Shown: positions 56,553-64,000 of the stretch, piece by piece | Numbering within the stretch: position 1 is the first letter of the stretch | Layout: every line of letters begins with the position of its first letter | DNA from: Bacillota bacterium | GTDB taxonomy: Bacteria; Bacillota; Ch66; Ch109 | Length of the DNA stretch: 64,000 bases | Direction: 5' to 3' | Assembly: GCA_050952625.1 (NCBI GenBank) | Contig: JBMNLH010000003.1 | Location: 4,807 to 68,806 of the forward strand | Made by a program: the position numbers and the translations under genes | The notes under the pieces: generated by a model | The model's input: the letters and a program-made list of their open reading frames with translations, nothing else | The model's database searches: none | Told to the model about the DNA's origin: nothing

Positions 56553-56557
56553 ATTAT

Positions 56558-56665
56558 CTGAATCAAAAGACTCCCACTTCTATATGTGGGGGTTACCTTG
56601 AATAAACTTCAGGTGGAGAGTCTCCATCTGAAGCCTCGATGTTCAGCGAAGCTGAACGTGTTCAT
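56558..56665 (+). repeat. RE-A full copy
   Basis: CTGAATCAAAAGACTCCCACTTCTATATGTGGGGGTTACCTTGAATAAACTTCAGGTGGAGAGTCTCCATCTGAAGCCTCGATGTTCAGCGAAGCTGAACGTGTTCAT. Confidence 0.85.
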
Positions 56666-56681
56666 TCGATCCCAATTCTGT

Positions 56682-57005
56682 TTAACCAGGAACCTCGATT
56701 TCCATTTCTAATAATGCTGAACTCAGCGACTTGCCGTGCGGATCAAGCCGCAGAGAGCGGGTTACTCCGCCAGCTAAGGCCTGGTGAAGAACAAAGTTTA
56801 AAGCCCCAATCTTCGGCATCTCGTAACGTACGACTTCTCCGCTCGTCAACCCCTGAAACCAGGCCGCGACTTTGTCCGCGGTCACCTGACTTTCAATCAG
56901 GGGGTAGTCCTCCGGCCGGTAAACGATTAAAGAGAGGTTTAGGGTATTACCTTTATCCCCGGCTCGGGAATGAGCTATTTCGCGAAGCTTGATTTTCCGA
57001 GTCAA
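56682..57005 (-). CDS. DUF4387 protein (AtuA-associated small subunit)
   Basis: 107 aa with the LREIAHSRAGDKGNTLNLSLIVY motif. Immediately follows the DUF1446 gene. Confidence 0.7.
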   Translation of the reverse strand: MTRKIKLREIAHSRAGDKGNTLNLSLIVYRPEDYPLIESQVTADKVAAWFQGLTSGEVVRYEMPKIGALNFVLHQALAGGVTRSLRLDPHGKSLSSALLEMEIEVPG

Positions 57006-57007
57006 TT

Positions 57008-58363
57008 TTATCCCTCCCCCACCTGCTGCATAATAACCTGTGGATGGACCAAGTCTCGGGGGATTAGGGTAGAAACCACGCCGATTACCTCGCGGATGGA
57101 ACGACGAGCACCTCCGCCGCCAGCCGGGCCATTGGTCCAGAGGGTTTCGACCTCTTCGCCGATTATCTGCGCTTCGGCCCGAGTGCTTGTCCGGGCTGCC
57201 ACCCGCAGCCTTACTTCATAAGGTTCCCCGGTACCATTAGCAATCCAGGTCCCGTGTAACGAGTCTACGCCAATCAAGTCAAACCTGATTTCCTGATAGG
57301 TTGCCCCAATCAGTGCCAGCCTCCGACGCACAATCTCACCAGCCAGTTTAGCCCGTTCCACGGCCCCGGCTCCGGCATAACCAATCTCACCCTCACCAAT
57401 AAAAGAGTCCCGATACCCAATACTCACCTTGAGCTCCCGGGGCTTAGCCCTGGCTGTCCCGCCGGTCACGCGAACCTGATCCGGTCCGATCTGCTCAAAC
57501 TCAACGCCGGTAAAATCAGCGATACAGTCTGGCGTATAGTAAGCGGCTGGATCGTGGATCTCATACAGCAACTGCTCCTTGCAGGTCCCGAGCGAAACCA
57601 AACCCCCGGAACCAGGCGGTTTAGTGATGATGGCCGTTCCGTCTGGTTCCACTTCCGCCAGGGGAAAACCTAATTCAGCCAGCCGGGGCACGTCTTTGTA
57701 CCCCGGATCAGCAAAGTAGCCTCCGCTAACCTGCCCGGCACATTCTAAAAGGTGCCCGACCACCGTTCCCTGCCCGAGCCGCTGGTAATCATGCTCGCAC
57801 CAATTGAATTCATGGACCATGGGTGCCAAAAAAAGAGCCGGATCCGCCACCCTCCCGGTCAGGATAACGTCCGCCCCCTGTGCCAAAGCTTCTACCAGCG
57901 GGGCACATCCCAAATAAGTGTTTGCCGAAATAATCCGGTTCGCATAGTCTGCCACCGTTTCCCCGGTCTCCAGGATCTGACCGCCATGTTGAATAACCGC
58001 CTCCAGTACCTCATCGCCGATTACCGCGGCCACCTTCAGGCCTTTTAAACCCTGAGCTGATGCCAATTCCATAACCCGCTGCTGAGCGGCCAGGGGATTA
58101 GCCGCCCCCATGTTCGTGATAATCTTAATTCCCCGCTGCCAACAGGTCTTTAAAACCGGGGCTAACCGCCGAACAAGCTGCGGATTATAGCCAAGCGACG
58201 CATCGCGCAGCCGTTCCTGCTGATAGAGAGCAATTGTCCTTTCAGCTAAGCACTCATAAACTAAATAATTGATCTCTCCCTTTTCCACCAGTTCTAGGGC
58301 CGGCTCAAAACGGTCCCCACCGTACCCAGCCCCGGCCCCGATCCTGATTCGCCTTGCTGTCAA
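57008..58363 (-). CDS. DUF1446 / AtuA-family protein
   Basis: 451 aa with N-terminal IRIGAGAGYGGDRFEPALELVEKGEINYLVYECLAERTIA, typical of the acyclic terpene utilisation AtuA family. Confidence 0.75.
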   Translation of the reverse strand: MTARRIRIGAGAGYGGDRFEPALELVEKGEINYLVYECLAERTIALYQQERLRDASLGYNPQLVRRLAPVLKTCWQRGIKIITNMGAANPLAAQQRVMELASAQGLKGLKVAAVIGDEVLEAVIQHGGQILETGETVADYANRIISANTYLGCAPLVEALAQGADVILTGRVADPALFLAPMVHEFNWCEHDYQRLGQGTVVGHLLECAGQVSGGYFADPGYKDVPRLAELGFPLAEVEPDGTAIITKPPGSGGLVSLGTCKEQLLYEIHDPAAYYTPDCIADFTGVEFEQIGPDQVRVTGGTARAKPRELKVSIGYRDSFIGEGEIGYAGAGAVERAKLAGEIVRRRLALIGATYQEIRFDLIGVDSLHGTWIANGTGEPYEVRLRVAARTSTRAEAQIIGEEVETLWTNGPAGGGGARRSIREVIGVVSTLIPRDLVHPQVIMQQVGEG

Positions 58364-58577
58364 AATCGCTCATCCCCTATCCCCAACAATGCCTACTGTT
58401 TATGAATGGTCTTCGCGACCAACTGAATAAACCAAACCAAGACACAAATCTGAACGAAACCCAGAATTAGCCAGATCAGAAGTTCTTTGAAGAACATAAG
58501 CGCATCCCTGCTACTATTTTATTAGCAGAACCAGGGGATTAGTGTCTTATGCTGGCGAAGTAGACAGTATACCTTTA

Positions 58578-58680
58578 CTAACCGCCCATGCCCCCAAGGA
58601 CACAACCACCTATATAATAGCGGACTATGTCATCCTAAGCGTTAGCGAAGGATCAAAATTTAACTAATAACCCGCACCTA
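58578..58680 (+). repeat. RE-B copy (B1+B2 modules, short form)
   Basis: CTAACCGCCCATGCCCCCAAGGACACAACCACCTATATAATAGCGGACTATGTCATCCTAAGCGTTAGCGAAGGATC..CCCGCACC. It ends 3 nt from the pilT stop. Confidence 0.8.
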
Positions 58681-58682
58681 AT

Positions 58683-59780
58683 CTAAGCACCCAGCATTCT
58701 CATCAAGGCCTCTGGATCCGTCGCCCGGTTGATAGCCTCTTCTCTGGCGATTATTCTTTTCTGTACCAGGTTTCGCAAACTCATATCCAAACTAACCATA
58801 CCATACTTCAGCCCCGTTTGGATCTGACTGATTATCTGATAGGATTTCCCTTCACGGATCAAGTTCCGAATCGCCGGCGTGGCTACCATAATTTCGAACG
58901 CCACCACGCGCCCTGGTTTATCAATGCGGGGAATCAACTGCTGGGCTACCACTCCCTGAATACTGTTGGCCAATTGCACCCGAATCTGTTGCTGTTGATG
59001 CGGGGGGAAAACATCAATCACCCGGTCAATGGTCTGCGCCGCACTGGAAGTATGTAAGGTACCAAACACCAAGTGGCCGGTTTCTGCCGCAGTTAAAGCA
59101 ATCCCGATCGTTTCCGGGTCGCGCATCTCCCCAACCAGGATGACATCCGGGTCCTCCCGCAAGGCTGCCCGCAGGGCACTAGCAAAGGACTGCGAGTCTT
59201 GATGGATTTCCCGCTGATTGACCAGACTTTTTTTATGAGAATGGACATACTCAATCGGATCCTCCAGGGTTAAGATATGATGACGAGACTCCTGGTTGAT
59301 CAGGTCAATCATCGAAGCCAGTGTAGTTGACTTACCACTCCCGGTCGGCCCGGTCACCAGCACCATGCCCCGGGGCCGGCGAGCCAAATCAGCCAGGATT
59401 TCCGGCAAGCCTAATTGTTGAAAGGATAGAATTTGGGAATTGATCAATCGTAAGACCAAGGCCACGGTGCCTCTTTGCTGGAAAGCATTGACCCGAAAAC
59501 GGCCTATTCCTTCAAGCTCATAAGAGAAATCTATTTCTCCTTTAGCGGCAAACTCCTTGTACCGGTCCTCAGGTATGATCTGCCGGGCCAAATGCTCGGT
59601 AAGCTCCGGGGTCATCTTTTCCAGGTAAGAAGGATTGATCTGCAGCGTCTCTTGCCATTCCGGGGCGTCTAAAGGCAGCAACGCTCCGTGCCGGCGGAAA
59701 GCCGGGGCACTTCCAACCGAGATATGAACATCCGATACCCCTAATTCAAAAGCCTTTTGCAGGATAACCCGGGCATCCAT
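58683..59780 (-). CDS. pilT: Type IV pilus retraction ATPase PilT
   Basis: 365 aa with GPTGSGKSTT, the Asp box, Walker B VILVGEMRD and the His box TGHLVFGTLHT. Confidence 0.9.
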   Translation of the reverse strand: MDARVILQKAFELGVSDVHISVGSAPAFRRHGALLPLDAPEWQETLQINPSYLEKMTPELTEHLARQIIPEDRYKEFAAKGEIDFSYELEGIGRFRVNAFQQRGTVALVLRLINSQILSFQQLGLPEILADLARRPRGMVLVTGPTGSGKSTTLASMIDLINQESRHHILTLEDPIEYVHSHKKSLVNQREIHQDSQSFASALRAALREDPDVILVGEMRDPETIGIALTAAETGHLVFGTLHTSSAAQTIDRVIDVFPPHQQQQIRVQLANSIQGVVAQQLIPRIDKPGRVVAFEIMVATPAIRNLIREGKSYQIISQIQTGLKYGMVSLDMSLRNLVQKRIIAREEAINRATDPEALMRMLGA

Positions 59781-59857
59781 AATATACAGCTCCTTTAGCT
59801 GCTTGAGTAAAACAAACAGTATTATCTGCTAAATAAGTATTATTATTAGCTTATTAG

Positions 59858-61309
59858 TCATGCAAGTTCAGCAACGTATAACACATCCGGTTCTGGCATA
59901 TAAACCCAGTGGCCGCGGCCGATCTCCATATCCGGTATTGGCTCATCGGACCCAGGGATATACGTCCAAGGTTCCGGATTCGCGTCATCAGGGTCATCAG
60001 GATTGAAATTGGGACAGGGACAGGTTACCTGGTTATACTTGCCTTCAATGCTTCGCAATACCTGATCCAATTTCACAAAACCATCTGCGCTATCTTCGTT
60101 GTAAACTACAGGGCCCACCAGGTTCCAGCCAGCATCGAGATCCCGGATGTAAGGGCCACTTGGCAAACCGGATGATTGGAAACAGGCAATACTACTTTCT
60201 ACAAGTTTTACATAAATTGCTTTCAACGGTTCTAGTTGGAATTCCGGGTCTGAGCTTGGACCTTCGTCTTCGTCAACATACCACTTACCATCATCGCCTT
60301 CATATATCTGTTTCCATTTGCCTTTATCGTAGGTTAAGGCTATCTGAATGCAAGAATAAGCATCAAAGATGACATCGTTTAAAGCAGCTAATTGCAAGTC
60401 AAAGGGAGCGGAAATGATGTTCCAGCCGATTCCAAGTTCTATTTCCCACTCGACGGTTTCAGCGATAACATTTATAAGCCTCTCAGCCTCCATTGGACCG
60501 CTGAATGGTGTTTCGTTGGCTGTGGCTAACACTATCTTCGCCCCCTCGCACATAGGCTGGTAATAAAAATCGCTGCTCGCATAGCCACTCTTAATAAAAA
60601 TACAGTTGCAATCATCTAGTTCTTCTAAATCAGAATCGTAAAATTTGCCGGGAAATTCTTCTATAAGATAACCAAGCTCATCCGTTTCCATTAGACTCAC
60701 AATTACCTCCCCATCTTCCGGAACATTAAAGGGTTTGCCTTGGCCATCCACTAGTTCTACGGTCAACTTTTCCAGCAATCCAACCTTACAGGTAAGTTCG
60801 TTCGGCGTAATCCTTAATTCCGGGGGCGTCACGTTAACTGCGAACTGAATACTCCCGGGATCTTTGCTGGTCCACACATCAGCAAAAGTGTAGCAATCGG
60901 GAGATGATGGATTCTTGATATAAGAAATGTTGATTATCACTTGTTCATTAGCATCAACAGCCTCGGGAACCTCTATCTCAAAAAAACCTGTCTCCCGCTC
61001 AGTTACCGTTAGTGGTGATGCTAAGTTACTCCAGGTAAACTTAGCCGAATCAATCTGGCTAGAGAAGAATGGGGATGAGCTAAAATCTAAATAAACTATG
61101 TCAGATACCGTTAGATCATGGTTGGTCTTAAATTCAAGGCAATAAGTTGTAGTCACACAAACAGTTGAATTGTCAGTGGTAACCAGAACACCACCACCAC
61201 TTCCTCCACTACCGGATGACACCAATTCCGCGTCTGCGGGCAATCCGAAGGTCAAGACCAAGAGCACGGTTAAAATAAATAACCACAGCTTTTTTTGCAT
61301 CTGCTCCAT
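59858..61309 (-). CDS. Secreted hypothetical protein
   Basis: 483 aa with a signal peptide (LWLFILTVLLVLTFGLPADA) and a GSGGSGGG linker. The C-terminal half is acidic and carries GWNIIS / GWNLVGP / GHWVYM motifs. No family assignment. Confidence 0.6.
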   Translation of the reverse strand: MEQMQKKLWLFILTVLLVLTFGLPADAELVSSGSGGSGGGVLVTTDNSTVCVTTTYCLEFKTNHDLTVSDIVYLDFSSSPFFSSQIDSAKFTWSNLASPLTVTERETGFFEIEVPEAVDANEQVIINISYIKNPSSPDCYTFADVWTSKDPGSIQFAVNVTPPELRITPNELTCKVGLLEKLTVELVDGQGKPFNVPEDGEVIVSLMETDELGYLIEEFPGKFYDSDLEELDDCNCIFIKSGYASSDFYYQPMCEGAKIVLATANETPFSGPMEAERLINVIAETVEWEIELGIGWNIISAPFDLQLAALNDVIFDAYSCIQIALTYDKGKWKQIYEGDDGKWYVDEDEGPSSDPEFQLEPLKAIYVKLVESSIACFQSSGLPSGPYIRDLDAGWNLVGPVVYNEDSADGFVKLDQVLRSIEGKYNQVTCPCPNFNPDDPDDANPEPWTYIPGSDEPIPDMEIGRGHWVYMPEPDVLYVAELA

Positions 61310-61395
61310 CCCCCTTGTTATAAAAGCGTTTATGTTGAAGATTGATAAAAACTGTTTTTTGATTCTCTATAAATCCCTAATAATTAATTGTTCAT

Positions 61396-64000
61396 CTAAC
61401 TTGCGGTTCCAACCTGAAGATTCAACTCCTGGATCGCTCCTGGTTGAAATTCCGTTTCATACGCTTTTTCATCCACTTCTTCACCATAGACAACCCAGAA
61501 CTCAATGGTCGCTCCTGGTTCGATGTTGCCAGCAGCACCTACAATCAGTTTCGGTCCGCCATACTCTGGATAACCAAACTTACCTCCCTCGTTTACTGTG
61601 ATTTTACCAACAACCTCAGACTCAGAACCCTTTACCACCTTGGCAATGATTGCGGTCCCTTCAGAAGCAGGCTGCCCATTAATCGAGACTGTCCCGTAAA
61701 ACGCAGCGGGCAGAACCGGTATAGGTAAATTAATAACTGTTTGCATAATAACTGGTTCTAAGTTGTTGTCTGTATCAGGTTCGATCTCAATATTGGGAGA
61801 TGTTGCCTCATGATATCCTGGTTTTGTAAAAGTAAGGGTGTAGCCGTCATCTGCCAGAACATCCTCAAAAACGAATTCCCCCGTATCAGTAGTTGTTACT
61901 TCTTGAACCAGGACATCATTTTTGGACAGGGATACCGTCACCCCGGCCAGACCTTGACCAGCCTCATCCTGGACCCTACCAACCAATTTACCTTTACCAA
62001 CTGTGTATACAAACGTTACGATGGCACTGCTTCGCATCCCCGGTTTGGCGGCAAAGGCCTTAATTGTCAGGCCGCTTTCTGGCACTGTTGGTTCGCCGCC
62101 AGCAGCAAATTGAGGACTATTAACTGTCGGGTCATTCCCATCAGTGGTATAGTAAATTATCGCGCCTGGTGTAGCTGTACTCAAGTTAATAGCTGAGCCG
62201 AGCTTGACCGAGCCTGGTACCGGATCGGCAGTCGGTGCCTCCACTAAACCATCAAATACACCGAAAATTGACAAATGATAAACTGTAGCCTCAACAACTC
62301 CGTTACCAACTTGCGAATCCTGGTATTCCCAATTCCCGTTTTTTTCATTGAAGTAGAAAATCGCTATCCTACTTTCATCTGTTTCCTTATTATAGGGTAA
62401 TGTTATTTTTACTCCTTGGCTAAAGTCTATATTTCCCTCATAAGTGATATCAATAACCATTCCGGCTACTCTTAGCCCGGAGCCTTCAATGTCGGGATTA
62501 TTCACTTTTTTAACAGTTACCGTTGCATCCGGGGGAATATTTATACTTCTAAAATCAAGCCTTATCCCACCGTCAAAGGCCAGTGGTACATTTTGTGCAA
62601 TTGGCACGGCCACGCCCAAAGGTGCTTCAACCACCAACTCAAAGATTACATTTTGGTTATATCCACTTACTGTACCTTCGTATTTATATACGCCCGCCTT
62701 ACTTAAGTCGACAGTCGGAGTATTCCAAGATACTGCTACCGGCTGGGTTGCTCCATTACTCATCTGGGCGTCAACTGTTGCCGGTAGTTGATACAAGCTT
62801 CCGGCACTATCTTGAGACACTACTGCTTTTTGTTCGCTAATGGAAACTATGGTCGGCGGCGGGCTATCACCCCCACCACCACCGCCTCCTCCTTGAGAAG
62901 GGGTTGAGGGTGGTGAAGAGGTTGAAGCAGCGGCTTGACTTAAAGCTTCACTAACTTTATCGGACTGGGTGCCAGGCTCCTCATTATTTTCTTCTTCACT
63001 TGATGTTTCCCCCGTTTCCGGAGTGTTATCAGGTGCTGCTGGCGCATTATTATCAATGTTATTCGCAGTCCGGTTGGCCCAATCTTGCACCTCAGGTTGT
63101 GTCCAATTCTGATAATCCTGGGCCTGCATCGTATCAGTGGTTATTTCCCCCTTCGAATCAATCACTGCTTTTTGCCCAGCCTGAATCATGGCCTGCTCAC
63201 CGTCAGACGTCAATATAGCCGAACCGGTCAACAGGTCGACTCCTGATTCACCGCTGTCGCCAACATAAGCGTGGCAGAAGGTTCCTCTAATACCGCATAC
63301 CCCCCAGGGCATGTTGACCTCGACCCGTACTTTCTGCTCCCGAGGTTTCTTCCACCAGGGCAGTTCCTGTTTATCTTCCGCCATCCTGACATTCACTGAC
63401 GGATACTCGACATCTATGTGGCTAGAGGCAAGGCGGGCACTGGACTGCACCTGAGGTTGAGGTTTAACAACCGTTGTCCCTTCTGCGGGTGCTGGTTCTT
63501 CCCCATGCGCAGCCAAACCCCCGAAGATTTCCCCTCGCTTGAGATCAATCCCCAGGAGATCAACCGCGGTCCCCGCTTGACCACTCTTTTTGATATACTT
63601 TACACCCTGGGTTTTTGTGATTACCAGTTGAGTATTAGGTTCAATTCTCAGGGCAGTACCGTCATCAAAGGTTACCTCCGCTGCACTGTTGGCTTCGGTC
63701 ATAATAGTATCGCCAACCTTCAACGTCACTTGTTTAGTGACGGTCTGAAAACTGGCCTCAGACTCCGACTTCAGCTTAACAGTTCCTTTAACTGGTTTCA
63801 GGGCCCCAGCCAGAGTGGCCGCTTGATATTCTGGTGCCAAAACCATCATCAGGGCAAAAGCGCGCGCAACCGCGGCCCGACTCAAAGCAGCATCCGGGGC
63901 GAAATGAGTGTTATCGGCCCGGCTTATTAACCCAGCATCCAGGGCCGCACTAATCTGTGGGGCAGCCCAATGGTCCGTCGAGACATCCGCTAACGGGGGT
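61396..64000 (-). CDS. Large SLH-domain cell-surface protein (N-terminus beyond the right edge)
   Basis: The frame stays open upstream of the TTG at 63885. My translation of 64000-63886 gives PPLADVSTDHWAAPQISAALDAGLISRADNTHFAPDAAL.., an SLH motif. After it come a FecR-like segment, an acidic/Ser/Pro/poly-Gly linker, an Ig-like domain, GAIIYYTTDGNDPT (chitobiase-C/Fn3-associated) and a CarboxypepD_reg-like segment (GRVQDEAGQGLAGVTVSL). Confidence 0.75.
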   Translation of the reverse strand, partial: PPLADVSTDHWAAPQISAALDAGLISRADNTHFAPDAALSRAAVARAFALMMVLAPEYQAATLAGALKPVKGTVKLKSESEASFQTVTKQVTLKVGDTIMTEANSAAEVTFDDGTALRIEPNTQLVITKTQGVKYIKKSGQAGTAVDLLGIDLKRGEIFGGLAAHGEEPAPAEGTTVVKPQPQVQSSARLASSHIDVEYPSVNVRMAEDKQELPWWKKPREQKVRVEVNMPWGVCGIRGTFCHAYVGDSGESGVDLLTGSAILTSDGEQAMIQAGQKAVIDSKGEITTDTMQAQDYQNWTQPEVQDWANRTANNIDNNAPAAPDNTPETGETSSEEENNEEPGTQSDKVSEALSQAAASTSSPPSTPSQGGGGGGGGDSPPPTIVSISEQKAVVSQDSAGSLYQLPATVDAQMSNGATQPVAVSWNTPTVDLSKAGVYKYEGTVSGYNQNVIFELVVEAPLGVAVPIAQNVPLAFDGGIRLDFRSINIPPDATVTVKKVNNPDIEGSGLRVAGMVIDITYEGNIDFSQGVKITLPYNKETDESRIAIFYFNEKNGNWEYQDSQVGNGVVEATVYHLSIFGVFDGLVEAPTADPVPGSVKLGSAINLSTATPGAIIYYTTDGNDPTVNSPQFAAGGEPTVPESGLTIKAFAAKPGMRSSAIVTFVYTVGKGKLVGRVQDEAGQGLAGVTVSLSKNDVLVQEVTTTDTGEFVFEDVLADDGYTLTFTKPGYHEATSPNIEIEPDTDNNLEPVIMQTVINLPIPVLPAAFYGTVSINGQPASEGTAIIAKVVKGSESEVVGKITVNEGGKFGYPEYGGPKLIVGAAGNIEPGATIEFWVVYGEEVDEKAYETEFQPGAIQELNLQVGTAS

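Noticed and set aside
56682-58363. AtuA-like DUF1446 plus DUF4387 pair as a candidate novel system
   Set aside because: This two-gene module is a widely annotated conserved pair of unknown biochemical role. Nothing in this copy deviates from the usual arrangement, so it is recorded only as a feature.
1-64000. Search for a CRISPR array belonging to the type I-B cas operon
   Set aside because: There is no repeat-spacer-repeat structure with regular 60-70 bp periodicity anywhere in the window. The tandem repeats at 21331-21420 and 30136-30180 have no spacers. The array is presumably beyond cas1/cas2, left of the window.

Overview
By gene content this is a chromosomal segment of a Gram-positive, spore-forming anaerobe (Clostridia/Peptococcaceae-like). 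The evidence is gerM-murI ... rph-rdgB-ysnB synteny, Spo0E-like and CotF-like genes, SLH-domain wall proteins and a yhaM-yhaO-yhaN cluster. Nearly all genes are on the minus strand. The left end (1-7676) is a visibly AT-richer type I-B CRISPR-Cas operon, cas6-cas8b-cas7-cas5-cas3-cas4-cas1. cas1 runs off the edge, and neither cas2 nor an array lies in the window. Next come a TPP riboswitch with thiT and thiamine pyrophosphokinase, then an IS1380-family element with intact ends and target duplication but a frameshifted transposase. After that are an MCP gene behind a c-di-GMP-I riboswitch, the yhaM/SbcD-like/SbcC-like cluster, a rhomboid protease, a MarR-flavoprotein pair, and two minus-strand tRNA clusters (Lys-Gln-Arg-His and Arg-Pro) flanking a small plus-strand sporulation islet. 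Housekeeping genes follow: rph, rdgB, class I fumarase, murI, gerM. The remainder holds an orphan BchI/ChlI-like AAA+ and vWA pair, a radical SAM-MazG pair, two DegV paralogs, Hsp20, a PaaK-like ligase behind two tandem T-box leaders, purC, a GH18-SLH protein, an ABC exporter fused to a cNMP-binding domain, an AtuA-like pair, pilT and large SLH/secreted surface proteins. The most unusual non-genic signal is a dense set of intergenic repeat families: a roughly 110 nt three-hairpin element, a composite GTCATCCTGAGCG...-type element, and a conserved GGGGACAGGTTnACTGTCCCGG palindrome. I found no clearly novel multi-gene defence system. The best candidates for follow-up are the orphan AAA+/vWA pair, the tandem T-box control of the PaaK-like ligase, the repeat families, and the long repeat-like non-coding region upstream of cas6.
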